A stretch of DNA of 64,000 bases from an uncultured Chloroflexia bacterium (GTDB taxonomy: Bacteria > Chloroflexota > Limnocylindria > Limnocylindrales > CSP1-4): contig CAWJBJ010000004.1 of assembly GCA_963841135.1 (NCBI GenBank), forward strand, positions 1,517,607 through 1,581,606. The letters run 5' to 3'. Within the stretch, counting starts at the first letter, position 1; each line of letters starts with the position of its first letter. Position numbers and translations under genes: made by a program. The notes beneath the pieces were generated by a model. That model worked only from the letters and a program-made list of their open reading frames with translations. It was not told the DNA's origin and ran no database searches. Shown here piece after piece: positions 31,409 to 40,375 of the stretch.

Positions 31409-31544
31409 CCCGGCGCCGGGCGAGCGTGCGGTAGGATGACGCCGGCGCGCCCCGCTGGACGAGAGGATCGAACCGGCGGCGCCCCCAGCGAGACGGACCG
31501 ATCCGCGGACCGAGACCGGTGCCGCGCCGTTTCCGGGAGGACCC

Positions 31545-32608
31545 GTGGCCAAGCGCCCCCACGATCCGGAGCCCGCATCGGGGTACGCATCCCGCAACGG
31601 CTGGGACCAGGACTTCGAGACCTTCAGCGACTACGACCTTCCCACGTACGTCGGACCCGTCTCGTTCAGCAAGCTGCCCTGGGTCGACGATCCGGCCGAG
31701 CTCCGGCGGCTTGAGGTCGACGTCGCGATCGTCGGCGCTCCCTTCGACGATGCCGTCAGCCACCGGCCGGGCACCCGGTTCGGGCCGCGCGCGATCCGCG
31801 AGGCGCAGTACGCGTCGGGCTCCCTCCACTCGCTCCAGCTCGACGTCGACCCGTTCGACGTGCTGACCGTGGTCGACGCCGGCGACGCGAACATCGTGCC
31901 CTCCTGGATCGAGCGCGGCGCACGCGATGATCTATCGCAAGGTCCGCGACGTCGCCGGCAGCGGCGCCATCCCGATCATCCTCGGCGGCGACCACTCCAT
32001 CACCTGGCCGGCGGCGACAGCGATCGCCGAGCTCCGGGCGCCGCAGCGCGTCGGGATCGTCCACTTCGATGCGCATGCGGACACGGCCAACGAGTCGTTC
32101 GGCGTCCTGGCCAGCCACGGCACCCCGATGCGCCGGCTCATCGAATCGGGCGCGATCGACGGACGCAACTTCGTCCAGGTCGGCCTGCGTGGGTACTGGC
32201 CACCGCAGGAGACCTTCGACTGGATGCAGGAGCACGGCCTGCGCTGGCACTTCATGCGTGAGATCGAGGAGCGCGGCGCCGAGGCGGTCATCGCCGATGC
32301 GATCGCCGAGGCCCTCGACGGCCCCGACGTCGATCTACCTGTCGCTGGACATCGACGTCATCGACCCGGGCATGGCGCCCGGGACCGGAACGCCCGAGCC
32401 CGGTGGCATGCTCACCCGCGAGGTCCTGCGGGCCGTCCGCCAGATCGTCGGGTCCGTCGAGCTCGCCGGGATGGACATCGTCGAGGTCTCGCCGCCCTAC
32501 GACCAGGCGGAGACGACCGCGATGGCCGCGAATCGGGCCGCGCTCGAGGCCATCAGCGCGCTCGCGGTCAAGCGCCAGGCCGGCGGCCGGATCCGCTGGG
32601 AGGGCTGA
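31545..32608 (+). pseudogene. speB: arginase-family ureohydrolase (agmatinase / guanidino-acid hydrolase type), two apparent frameshifts
   Basis: GTG 31545 follows GGGAGG. VAIVGAPFDDAVSHRPGTRFGPRAIREA, ILGGDHSITWPA, VHFDAHADT, SLDIDVIDPGMAPGTGTPEPGG, MDIVEVSPPYD (Mn-binding motif set). Frame changes near 31915 and 32330. The symbol is tentative; substrate cannot be told from sequence. Confidence 0.8.
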
Positions 32609-33414
32609 CCATCGACCGCGACCCGCTCGGCCCGCGGGACCGGGCGAGCGCGGACGACCTGGCGCGGCTGTACGACCTCGACCTGGTCGACGACCCCGGC
32701 GACCTCGACCTCTACCTGGCCCTCGCCGAGCGGACGGGTGGGCCGATCCTCGAGCTCGCGGCCGGGACCGGGCGCCTGGCCGTGCCGCTGGCGGCGGGCG
32801 GCAACCAGGTCACGGCGGTCGACATCGATCCGGCGATGCTCGCACGCGCCTCGGCCAGAGCGGCCCTCGCCGGCCCCGCCGCGACCGAGCACCTCACCCT
32901 CGTCGAGGCCGATCTCGTCGGCCTGCGACTGCCCGAGGCCGGCCGCTTCGGCCTTGCGTTCATCGCGCTCAACTCGATCCTCGTGCTGCCCGACCGGACG
33001 TCGCAGCGCGCCGCGATCCAGGCGCTCGCCGATCACCTCGCACCCGGCGGCGTGGCGGTCGTCGACATCTGGCTGCCCGACGCCGAGGACCTGGCACGGT
33101 TCGACGGCCGCATCATCCTCGAGTGGCCGCGCCCGGATCCCGAGACCGGAGAGCTCGTCACGAAGTCCGGATCCGCCCAGCACGACGCGGCGACCGGCAC
33201 GATCGCCGTGACCACGATGTTCGAGGCGTCGCGTCAGGGCGGACCGACCCGGCGCTGGGTGCGCAGCGACCGCATGCGCCTCCTTTCGGCGGACGAACTC
33301 GGGGCATGGGCGGAGGATGCCGGGCTGGCGGTCGAGACGATCGCCGGCGGCTACGACCTCGGGGCGCTGGGACCCGGCAGCGAGCGCGCGATCCTCCTCG
33401 CCCGCAAGCCGTAG
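32605..33414 (+). CDS. class I SAM-dependent methyltransferase
   Basis: ILELAAGTGRLAVPLAAGGNQVTAVDIDPAMLARA (motif I) ...LAFIALNSILVL...LAPGGVAVVDIW. No ATG, GTG or TTG near the 5' end. The candidate start is CTG 32605 overlapping the upstream stop (CTGA). Confidence 0.75.
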   Translation: MTIDRDPLGPRDRASADDLARLYDLDLVDDPGDLDLYLALAERTGGPILELAAGTGRLAVPLAAGGNQVTAVDIDPAMLARASARAALAGPAATEHLTLVEADLVGLRLPEAGRFGLAFIALNSILVLPDRTSQRAAIQALADHLAPGGVAVVDIWLPDAEDLARFDGRIILEWPRPDPETGELVTKSGSAQHDAATGTIAVTTMFEASRQGGPTRRWVRSDRMRLLSADELGAWAEDAGLAVETIAGGYDLGALGPGSERAILLARKP

Positions 33415-33488
33415 TCACGGGCCCGTCCTCACGGGCGGCCGGCGTCGCCGGACCCGGACCTCCGAGGGAGTCCGCCGCACGGGCTGCG

Positions 33489-33497
33489 TGGTATCGT
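33489..33497 (+). promoter_or_regulatory. candidate extended -10 element TGgTATCGT, 7 nt before ATG 33505 (leaderless configuration)
   Basis: Read directly. There is no Shine-Dalgarno sequence between the element and the ATG. Confidence 0.35.
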
Positions 33498-33504
33498 CGG
33501 CCCG

Positions 33505-34657
33505 ATGGCTTCAAGTGACCAGACACGTTTGCTCATCGTCGAGGACGTGCCGCAAGTCGCGCAGTACATCCGGGGACTCCTGAACGCGCAGTCCAAGGTG
33601 AAGCTGCTCGACGTCCTGTCCGAGGGCGGCAAGGCGCTCGGCCAGATCCAGGAGCTCCGACCCGACGTCGTGATCGTCGACGCGCTCCTCCAGGGCCGGG
33701 TCAAGGGACCCAGTCTCGTCGACCAGATCCACAAGTCCGGTCTCGGCGTGCCCGTCATCGTGCTGACTGTGCCGCAGAACCCAATCGAGCCGGATCCGGA
33801 GCAGGGGCATCCATGGCGTCCTCTCGATGCCGTTCTCGGGGTTCGATCTCATCAACCGGATCAGCGGCGTCCGGAACGTCTTCGAGGCCTCCCAGGAGCG
33901 GGCGAGCACGAAGATCTTCTCGGTCTTCGCGCCAAAGGGCGGGGTCGGCAAGACGACGATCGCATTCAACCTCGCGGTGGCCATCGGACAGCGCGACCAG
34001 CGGACGGTCCTGATCGACGGCAGCCTCCAGTTCGGAGACCTGCGCGCGCTCCTCAAGGTCCCCGCCGATGCCCCCTCGATCCTCGACCTGCCGACCGACC
34101 GGATCGCCGAGTCCGACCTCGGCGACGTCCTCTGGCGCGATCCGTCGGGCATCGACATCCTGCTGGCGCCACCGCGCATCGAGATGGCCGAGATGGTCAC
34201 CTCGCGGGACATCGAGAAGGTGCTCTCGCTCCTGCGCCGGGTCTACTCGGTCATCGTCATCGACATGTCGAGCTACGTGAACGACGTGAACCTCGCCTTC
34301 CTCGACGCGAGCGACACGATCCTCGAGATCGTCACCTACGACTCCACCACCATTCACAACACCGTCGCGATCGCGGACACCTTCCGGGCCATCGGCTACG
34401 CGGCGTCCAAGGTCCACTACCTGATCAACCGCGCCGACTCGTCGGGCGGCATCGACCCAGGGGCGCTCGAGCGCGCGCTGGGCCGCGTGCCGGAGCACCG
34501 CGTCATGTCCGACGGCCGCCTCGTGATCCAGTCCAACAACGAGGGCGTGCCGTTCGTCATCGCCAGCCCCGAGGCGCCCATCAGCCTTGACCTCGCCCGC
34601 CTGGCCGGCGACCTCCTCGGGCTCGGGAAGACGCCGGCCGCGGCCGGTCTCCGCTAG
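33505..34657 (+). pseudogene. response-regulator receiver domain fused to a ParA/MinD-type (CpaE-like) P-loop ATPase, one apparent frameshift
   Basis: Receiver: RLLIVEDVPQVAQYIRGLL...RPDVVIVDALLQG...PVIVLT. Frame change near 33812 (run gggg). ATPase: KIFSVFAPKGGVGKTTIAFNLAVAIG...VLIDGSLQFGD...YSVIVIDMSS...KVHYLINRAD. Confidence 0.8.
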
Positions 34658-34665
34658 GGTCCCGG

Positions 34666-35526
34666 ATGGCCGACTCCCGTCCGATCGGGGTCTTCGACTC
34701 CGGCGTCGGCGGGCTCACGGTGCTCCGCGAGATCCTGCGGAGGACGCCCGCCGAATCAACGATCTACCTCGGTGACAACCTCCGCACGCCCTATGGCGTG
34801 CGACCCGACGACGAGGTGCTCGCGTTCTCGACCCAGTCGCTCGACGCGCTCGTCGAGCGCGACGTCAAGGCCCTCGTGGTCGCCTGCAACACCTCGACCG
34901 CTGTCGGCATCGGGGCGTTCCGTCGCCGCTACGACCTTCCGGTGCTCGGGGTCATCCGCCCCGGGGCCTCGGCGGCCGCACTCGCGACCCGCAACCGCCG
35001 CGTCGGCGTGATCGCGACGCCCGCGACGATCCGCTCCCACGCGTACTTCTCGGCGATCAAGGACGAGAACCCGGCCGTCGAGGTCTACGAGCACGCGACC
35101 CCGACGCTGGTCCCGCTCGTCGAGGCCGGCGAGCTGCGAGGACCGGTGGCCGAGGCGGCGGTCGTCGAGGCCCTCGGCCCGCTCCTCGGTGAGCGCGGCG
35201 CGGACGGCGAGTCGATCTTCCCGCTGCCGCCCGGCGCCACCGTCGACACGCTGCTGCTCGGCTGCACCCACTACCCGCTGCTGCGGCCGCTGATCGAGGC
35301 CGTGGCCGGGGACCACGTCGCGATCGTGGACTCGGCGACCGCCACGGCGTCCGCCCTGGCCGAGCTCCTCGACATCAACGCGCTCGCGACGTCGGCCGGC
35401 TCGCCCGCGACCCACGTGCAGCTGACGACCGGGGACCCCGACCGATTCCACGACCTGGCGGCACGCCTCTTCGGCGCCGCCTTCCCGGACGTCGAGCGCG
35501 TCGAGCTCGCTGTCGTGGCCCGATGA
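34666..35526 (+). CDS. murI: glutamate racemase
   Basis: 286 aa: IGVFDSGVGGLTVLREI, YLGDNLRTPYG, LVVACNTSTA, LLGCTHYPLL (both catalytic Cys contexts). Confidence 0.92.
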   Translation: MADSRPIGVFDSGVGGLTVLREILRRTPAESTIYLGDNLRTPYGVRPDDEVLAFSTQSLDALVERDVKALVVACNTSTAVGIGAFRRRYDLPVLGVIRPGASAAALATRNRRVGVIATPATIRSHAYFSAIKDENPAVEVYEHATPTLVPLVEAGELRGPVAEAAVVEALGPLLGERGADGESIFPLPPGATVDTLLLGCTHYPLLRPLIEAVAGDHVAIVDSATATASALAELLDINALATSAGSPATHVQLTTGDPDRFHDLAARLFGAAFPDVERVELAVVAR

Positions 35527-36728
35527 CCGGTCGAGACCGCCGCGGACCGGCCTGGCGGGACGACCGGGTCTGGCAGGCGGGCTTCCTGATCGGGTCGGCG
35601 CTCGGCGCGGCCGCGACCGTGGTCGGACGCCACGCGGAGCGCGCGGCCCGTCGCGGTCTCGTCGATTGGACCGGGGTCGAGCGGATCGCCGTGGGGCGCC
35701 TCGACCGAGCCCCGGGTGCGCTCACGGCCGCCGAGTTGCGCGCCGCCGAACCGTCCTACGCCGCCGCGATGGAGAAGATCGTGCCGGCGCTCTCGGCCGC
35801 GCTCGGGACCGAGCTGCCGGGCGTCGTCGAGCGCTCGGGCGTCGTCGACCGGGCGGGCTGGGTGCGAGCCAACATCGGCACGTTCGCGTCGCTCATCGGG
35901 AAGCTCGAGGCGGACCTCCTCGACCAGGTCGTCCCGCCGGGCGGCGGGCTCGCCAAGGCGACGATGGCCCTCGCCAACCGCTGGGTGACGACTCGTCAGC
36001 TCGGGTTCCTGCTCGGGTTCATGGGCGGCCGCGTCCTCGGGCAGTACGACCTCGCGCTGCTGACCGCGGAACAGGCCCCGGGCCGGCTGCTGTTCGTCGA
36101 GGAGAACATCCGCCAGACCGCGACCACGCTGGGCGTGCCGCTGGAGCCGTTCCGGACGTGGATCGCCCTCCACGAGACGACCCATGCGTTCGAATTCGAG
36201 GCGCATCCGTGGCTCCGGCCGTACCTCGCGTCGCGCCTCGAGCGCCAGCTGAGCCTCTTCAGCAACGATGCGCGGACGCTGGGTCGGGACGCCATCCGGG
36301 CCCTCGGCCGCACGATCCGCGGGGAGTCCGACGGCGAGCACTGGATGGAGCGCCTGATGGGTCCCGAGCAGAAGCGGCTCTTCCGCGAGACCCAGGCGGT
36401 GATGAGCCTGCTGGAGGGCTTCAGCGACTACGTCATGGACGAGGTTGGACAGGACCTCGTCCCAGGCGTCCAACGCATCAGCGCGCGCTTCCACGAGCGG
36501 CGCGCCAAGCGGACACCCTTCGAGCGCTCGATGCTGCGACTGACCGGACTCGACCTGAAGATGGAGCAGTACAAGAAGGGCGAGAAATTCGTCCGCGCGA
36601 TCGCCGACGCCCGGGGCAAGGTCGCCCTGGGCCGTCTCTGGGATGGGCCGGAGACGTTGCCGCGCGACGGCGAGATCGACGCGCCGGAGCGCTGGATCGC
36701 CCGCGTCCTGGACCAAGCCGCGACGTGA
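35523..36728 (+). CDS. zinc-dependent metalloprotease, DUF2342-type (HExxH)
   Basis: 401 aa: FRTWIALHETTHAFEFEAHPWLRPYL, MSLLEGFSDYVMDEVG. Start overlaps the murI stop. Confidence 0.8.
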   Translation: MTGRDRRGPAWRDDRVWQAGFLIGSALGAAATVVGRHAERAARRGLVDWTGVERIAVGRLDRAPGALTAAELRAAEPSYAAAMEKIVPALSAALGTELPGVVERSGVVDRAGWVRANIGTFASLIGKLEADLLDQVVPPGGGLAKATMALANRWVTTRQLGFLLGFMGGRVLGQYDLALLTAEQAPGRLLFVEENIRQTATTLGVPLEPFRTWIALHETTHAFEFEAHPWLRPYLASRLERQLSLFSNDARTLGRDAIRALGRTIRGESDGEHWMERLMGPEQKRLFRETQAVMSLLEGFSDYVMDEVGQDLVPGVQRISARFHERRAKRTPFERSMLRLTGLDLKMEQYKKGEKFVRAIADARGKVALGRLWDGPETLPRDGEIDAPERWIARVLDQAAT

Positions 36729-37810
36729 CCGACGACGATCGCCTGGTCCGGCGAGCCGGCCCCGGCAGTGGCCCGCTCGGCGCGCCGACGGCCATCGCGC
36801 TCAGCCCGATCCTCTCGGCGCGCTACCGATCGCGGGACCTCGAACGGATCCGGGCCGTCGCCCCCGGCGCACGGATCGTGACAGTGTCGATCGAGGGTCT
36901 CGCGGACGGGCCGCTCGACGACGTCGAAGTGATGCTCCGCGGCTGGTTGCTGCCGGACGCGTTCGATCGCCTGCTCGCGCGTGCGCCGCGGCTCTCGTGG
37001 GTGCACTCCGCGACGTCGGGCGTCGAACGGGCGCTGACCCCGGCGGCCCGGGAGCGTGGGATCCTGGTCACCAACGCCCGCGGGGTCTTCAGCCGACCGA
37101 TCGCCGAGTACGTGATGATGATGATCCTGGCCGTCAGCCGTCGGCTGCCGCAGCTGCTCGAGCTGCAACGCGAGCGGACGTGGCAGCCGCTCGAAGGCGC
37201 CGAGCTGCGGGACGTGACGGTCGGCATCGTCGGGCTTGGGTCGATGGGCCGGGCGGTCGGGTCGCTCGCGGCGGCCTTCGGTTGCCGGGTCATCGCCGTC
37301 CGCCGACGAGCCGAGGCCGGCACCGGACCGACCGACGCGGAGACGCGGCAGGCCGGTGCCGACGATGAGGTGCCCGGCGAGATTTCGATCGAACGGGTCG
37401 GTGGACCGGAACGGCTGCCCGAGCTGCTCGCCGAGTCCGACTTCATCGTCCTCGCCGCCCCGCTGACGCCCGAGACCGAGGAGATGATCAACGACGAGAC
37501 GCTCGCGATGGTGAAGCCCGGTGCATGGCTGATCAACGTCGCCCGCGGCCGGCTGGTCGACGAGCGCGCCCTCCTGCGGGCGTTGCGCGACGGTCCGCTC
37601 GGCGGCGCGGTCCTCGACACGTTCCACGACGAGCCGCTGCCGCCGATGTCGTCGTTCTACGACCTGCCCAACGTCATCGTCACGCCGCACACGGCGTGGT
37701 CCAGCGGGCGCGTCCTCGATCGGAGCGTGGAGCTCTTCTGCGACAACCTGCGCCGGTTCGCGGCCGGAGAGCCGCTGCTCAACGTCGTGGACCCGACTGC
37801 CGGCTACTGA
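36725..37810 (+). CDS. D-isomer-specific 2-hydroxyacid dehydrogenase family protein
   Basis: GTGA overlap with the previous gene. VGIVGLGSMGRAVG, LINVARGRLVDERALLRAL, LDTFHDEPLP, VIVTPHTAW. Confidence 0.85.
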   Translation: MTDDDRLVRRAGPGSGPLGAPTAIALSPILSARYRSRDLERIRAVAPGARIVTVSIEGLADGPLDDVEVMLRGWLLPDAFDRLLARAPRLSWVHSATSGVERALTPAARERGILVTNARGVFSRPIAEYVMMMILAVSRRLPQLLELQRERTWQPLEGAELRDVTVGIVGLGSMGRAVGSLAAAFGCRVIAVRRRAEAGTGPTDAETRQAGADDEVPGEISIERVGGPERLPELLAESDFIVLAAPLTPETEEMINDETLAMVKPGAWLINVARGRLVDERALLRALRDGPLGGAVLDTFHDEPLPPMSSFYDLPNVIVTPHTAWSSGRVLDRSVELFCDNLRRFAAGEPLLNVVDPTAGY

Positions 37811-37814
37811 CGCG

Positions 37815-38918
37815 ATGCAAACGGCCATCGTCGGGCTTGCCGGATCGGGCAAGACGACCGTCTTCAACACGCTGACCCGCGGTCACGCCGAGACCGGCGG
37901 GTTCGGCGGCGTGACGCTGCATGTCGGCGTCGTGAAGGTGCCGGACGCGCGCCTGGAGCGCCTCGCCGAGATCTTCAAGCCCAAGAAGATCGTCCAGGCC
38001 GACGTCACGTACGTCGACCTGCCGGCGTTGCCGGCCTCGACCGAGGGACACGTCGGGGCGGACGAGCTCCCGGCCGACCACCTGGCACGGCTCCGGGACT
38101 CGGACGCGCTCCTGCACGTCGTCCGCGCCTTCGAGGATCCGTCGAACCCGCATCCGGACGGCAGCGTCGACCCGGCCCGCGACCTGGAGCGGCTCGATCT
38201 CGAGTTCATCCTCGCCGACCTCACGATGACCGAGCGCCGGCTCGAACGACTGAAGGGCAGCGGGCGCCACGGGAGCGCGGCCGAGCGCGAGGCCGCGGAA
38301 CGCGAGGAGGTCGTCCTGGCCAGGCTCCACGAGGGGCTCGAGGGCGGCCGCCCGATCCGCGATCTCGGACTCGACGCGGACGAGGAGAAGGCGATCCGCG
38401 GGTTCCGGTTCCTGACCCAGAAGCCGATGCTCGTGCTGCTCAACGTCGGGGAAGGGGAGCTGGCGGCGGCCCCCGCCCTCGTCGAACGGATCGGGGCGGG
38501 CTACGACCACCAGCACGTGATGGTCGACGCGCTGTCGGCCCGCATCGAGATGGAGCTCGGCGAGCTGGAGCCGGACGAGGCCGTGGCCTTCATGGAGGAA
38601 CTCGGGATCGTCGAGTCCGGGCTGGACCGCGTGATCGCGCTGACCTACCGGCTTTTGGGGCTCATCTCGTTCCTGACCGCAGGACCCGACGAGGTCCGCG
38701 CCTGGCCGGTCCCCGACGGTTCGACGGCGGTCGACGCCGCTGCGGCCATCCACACCGACCTGGCAAAGGGCTTCATCCGCGCCGAGACCGTGGCGTACGA
38801 GGACCTGATCACGCTCGGGTCGCTGGCGGAGGCGCGCAAGGCGGGTCGCCTGCGGTCGGAGGGAAGGACCTACCAAGTCCACGATGGGGACGTCGTGGAG
38901 ATCCTCTTCAGCAAGTAG
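37815..38918 (+). CDS. ychF: redox-regulated ATPase YchF (Obg-family)
   Basis: 367 aa: IVGLAGSGKTTVFNTLT, LLHVVRAFED, and the C-terminal TGS-like FIRAETVAYEDL...GRLRSEGRTYQVHDGDVVEILF. Confidence 0.92.
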   Translation: MQTAIVGLAGSGKTTVFNTLTRGHAETGGFGGVTLHVGVVKVPDARLERLAEIFKPKKIVQADVTYVDLPALPASTEGHVGADELPADHLARLRDSDALLHVVRAFEDPSNPHPDGSVDPARDLERLDLEFILADLTMTERRLERLKGSGRHGSAAEREAAEREEVVLARLHEGLEGGRPIRDLGLDADEEKAIRGFRFLTQKPMLVLLNVGEGELAAAPALVERIGAGYDHQHVMVDALSARIEMELGELEPDEAVAFMEELGIVESGLDRVIALTYRLLGLISFLTAGPDEVRAWPVPDGSTAVDAAAAIHTDLAKGFIRAETVAYEDLITLGSLAEARKAGRLRSEGRTYQVHDGDVVEILFSK

Positions 38919-38967
38919 GGCGGCCGCGGTCCCGGGTGCCGCGATCGGCCGGCGCGCGGTCCCCGCC

Positions 38968-39356
38968 CTAGTTCAGGCGGCCGTCCGGATCGAAGTCGAC
39001 GAGCACCGACTTGAAGTCCACGCGCGGCTCGTCGTCATCGTCGTCATCGTCGTCGTCGTCCTCTTCGGCGTCGGCCAGCTCGACCTCCAGCTCGGCGAGG
39101 AAGTTCTCCTCCTCGACGACCGAGACGTTGACGGCGGCGGCCAGGGCATCGTCGCTCACGTGGATGAACCCGTGGTCGCGCTCCAGCTCGATGGCGATCG
39201 CCTCGCTGAGGGTATCGTGGTGGTACTGGTCCTGGATGCGGCGCCGGATGGTCTGGACGAGCTCGAAGAATTCGTCGGGCTCCCACTCGGATTCGCTGAC
39301 CACCAGGACGTCGGATACACCTCGTCATCGCCCTCGTGGAGCTCGTAGAAGAACAA
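38968..39356 (-). pseudogene. small acidic hypothetical protein with a poly-Asp run, possible 5' frameshift
   Basis: ORF 38968-39303 (VSESEWEPDEFFELVQTIRRRIQDQYHHDTLSEAIAIELERDHGFIHV...AEEDDDDDDDDDDEPRVDF). The upstream ORF 39156-39356 begins LFFYELHEGDDEVY and joins sensibly if one base is added or removed near 39310. Confidence 0.5.
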
Positions 39357-39409
39357 CTCAGCCTCGCGATACGGTCGGAGCGAGGCGGCAGTATACGCCG
39401 GGAGGTGTC

Positions 39410-40375
39410 ATGGCTCCGCCTCGCATCGAGGTCGTCCACGTCGGCTCGGCGAGTCGTGACGTCTCGGCCGACGACCCGCGAGGATGGCGGCTCGGCGGCG
39501 GGGTCACGTACGCGTCGCTGACCACGGCGAGGCTGGGCATGCGGACCGCTGCGGTCGTCGGCGTCGACGCGAGCGCGGCCACCGCGAGCGAGCTGGACAT
39601 GCTTCGCGATGCGGGCGTGGTCATCCGACTCGTGCCGCTGCCCGACGGGCCGGTCTTCCAGAACGACCACACCCCGGCCGGTCGGGTCCAGACGGCGCTG
39701 CGAGCGGGCGTGCCGCTCCCGGTCCCGGAGATCCCCGCTGCGTGGCTGAGCGCGCCGGGCTGGTCGTTGGTGCCGGTCGCGGGCGAGGTGACCGACGCGT
39801 GGGCTGCGGTCGTGCCCGCGCGCGCGCACCTCGCGATCGGCTGGCAGGGCTTCCTCCGCGACCTCGCGCCGGGCGAGGTGGTCACGCGACGCCCGCCACG
39901 GGCCTCTGCGCTCCTGCAGCGTGCCGACCTGGTCGGCGTCAGCCATCACGACCTCGCGCCGGGCACGAGCGTCCGCGTGCTCGCCGACGTCCTTCACCCC
40001 GGCGCGTTCCTGCTCGTCACCCAGGGCAGCGAGGGCGGCGTGCTCGTCCGGGTGGGGAGCGACGGGCCCTCGCAGACCTGGCGCTACGACGCCACGACGA
40101 CCTCGGGGGAGATCGACGCGACGGGCGCCGGCGACACGTTCCTCGCCGCGCTCCAGGCGTCGATCCTGCGACCAGCGGTGGCCGGCCGACGACGGTCGCG
40201 GACCGGTCCGGACCTGCCGTTCGCGGCCGCGGCCGGATCCCTGGTCGTCGAGGGGCTCGGTCTCGTCGGGGTCCCGGACCGATCGGCCATCCTCGAGCGG
40301 CGCGCCGGAGCATCGTCCGATGGGGCCGTCCGGCCGGTCGAGGTCACACGGGTCGGCGCGCTCGATCCATCCTGA
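39410..40375 (+). CDS. PfkB-family carbohydrate/nucleoside kinase
   Basis: ATG 39410 lies 5 nt after GGGAGG. Ribokinase-like fold hints and the anion-hole motif IDATGAGDTFLAAL. Confidence 0.8.
   Translation: MAPPRIEVVHVGSASRDVSADDPRGWRLGGGVTYASLTTARLGMRTAAVVGVDASAATASELDMLRDAGVVIRLVPLPDGPVFQNDHTPAGRVQTALRAGVPLPVPEIPAAWLSAPGWSLVPVAGEVTDAWAAVVPARAHLAIGWQGFLRDLAPGEVVTRRPPRASALLQRADLVGVSHHDLAPGTSVRVLADVLHPGAFLLVTQGSEGGVLVRVGSDGPSQTWRYDATTTSGEIDATGAGDTFLAALQASILRPAVAGRRRSRTGPDLPFAAAAGSLVVEGLGLVGVPDRSAILERRAGASSDGAVRPVEVTRVGALDPS

Noticed and set aside
38919-38967. Bidirectional terminator between the convergent ychF and acidic-protein genes
   Set aside because: Only long-range GGGCGG...CCGCCC complementarity, with no compact hairpin and no T-tract. 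Not supportable.
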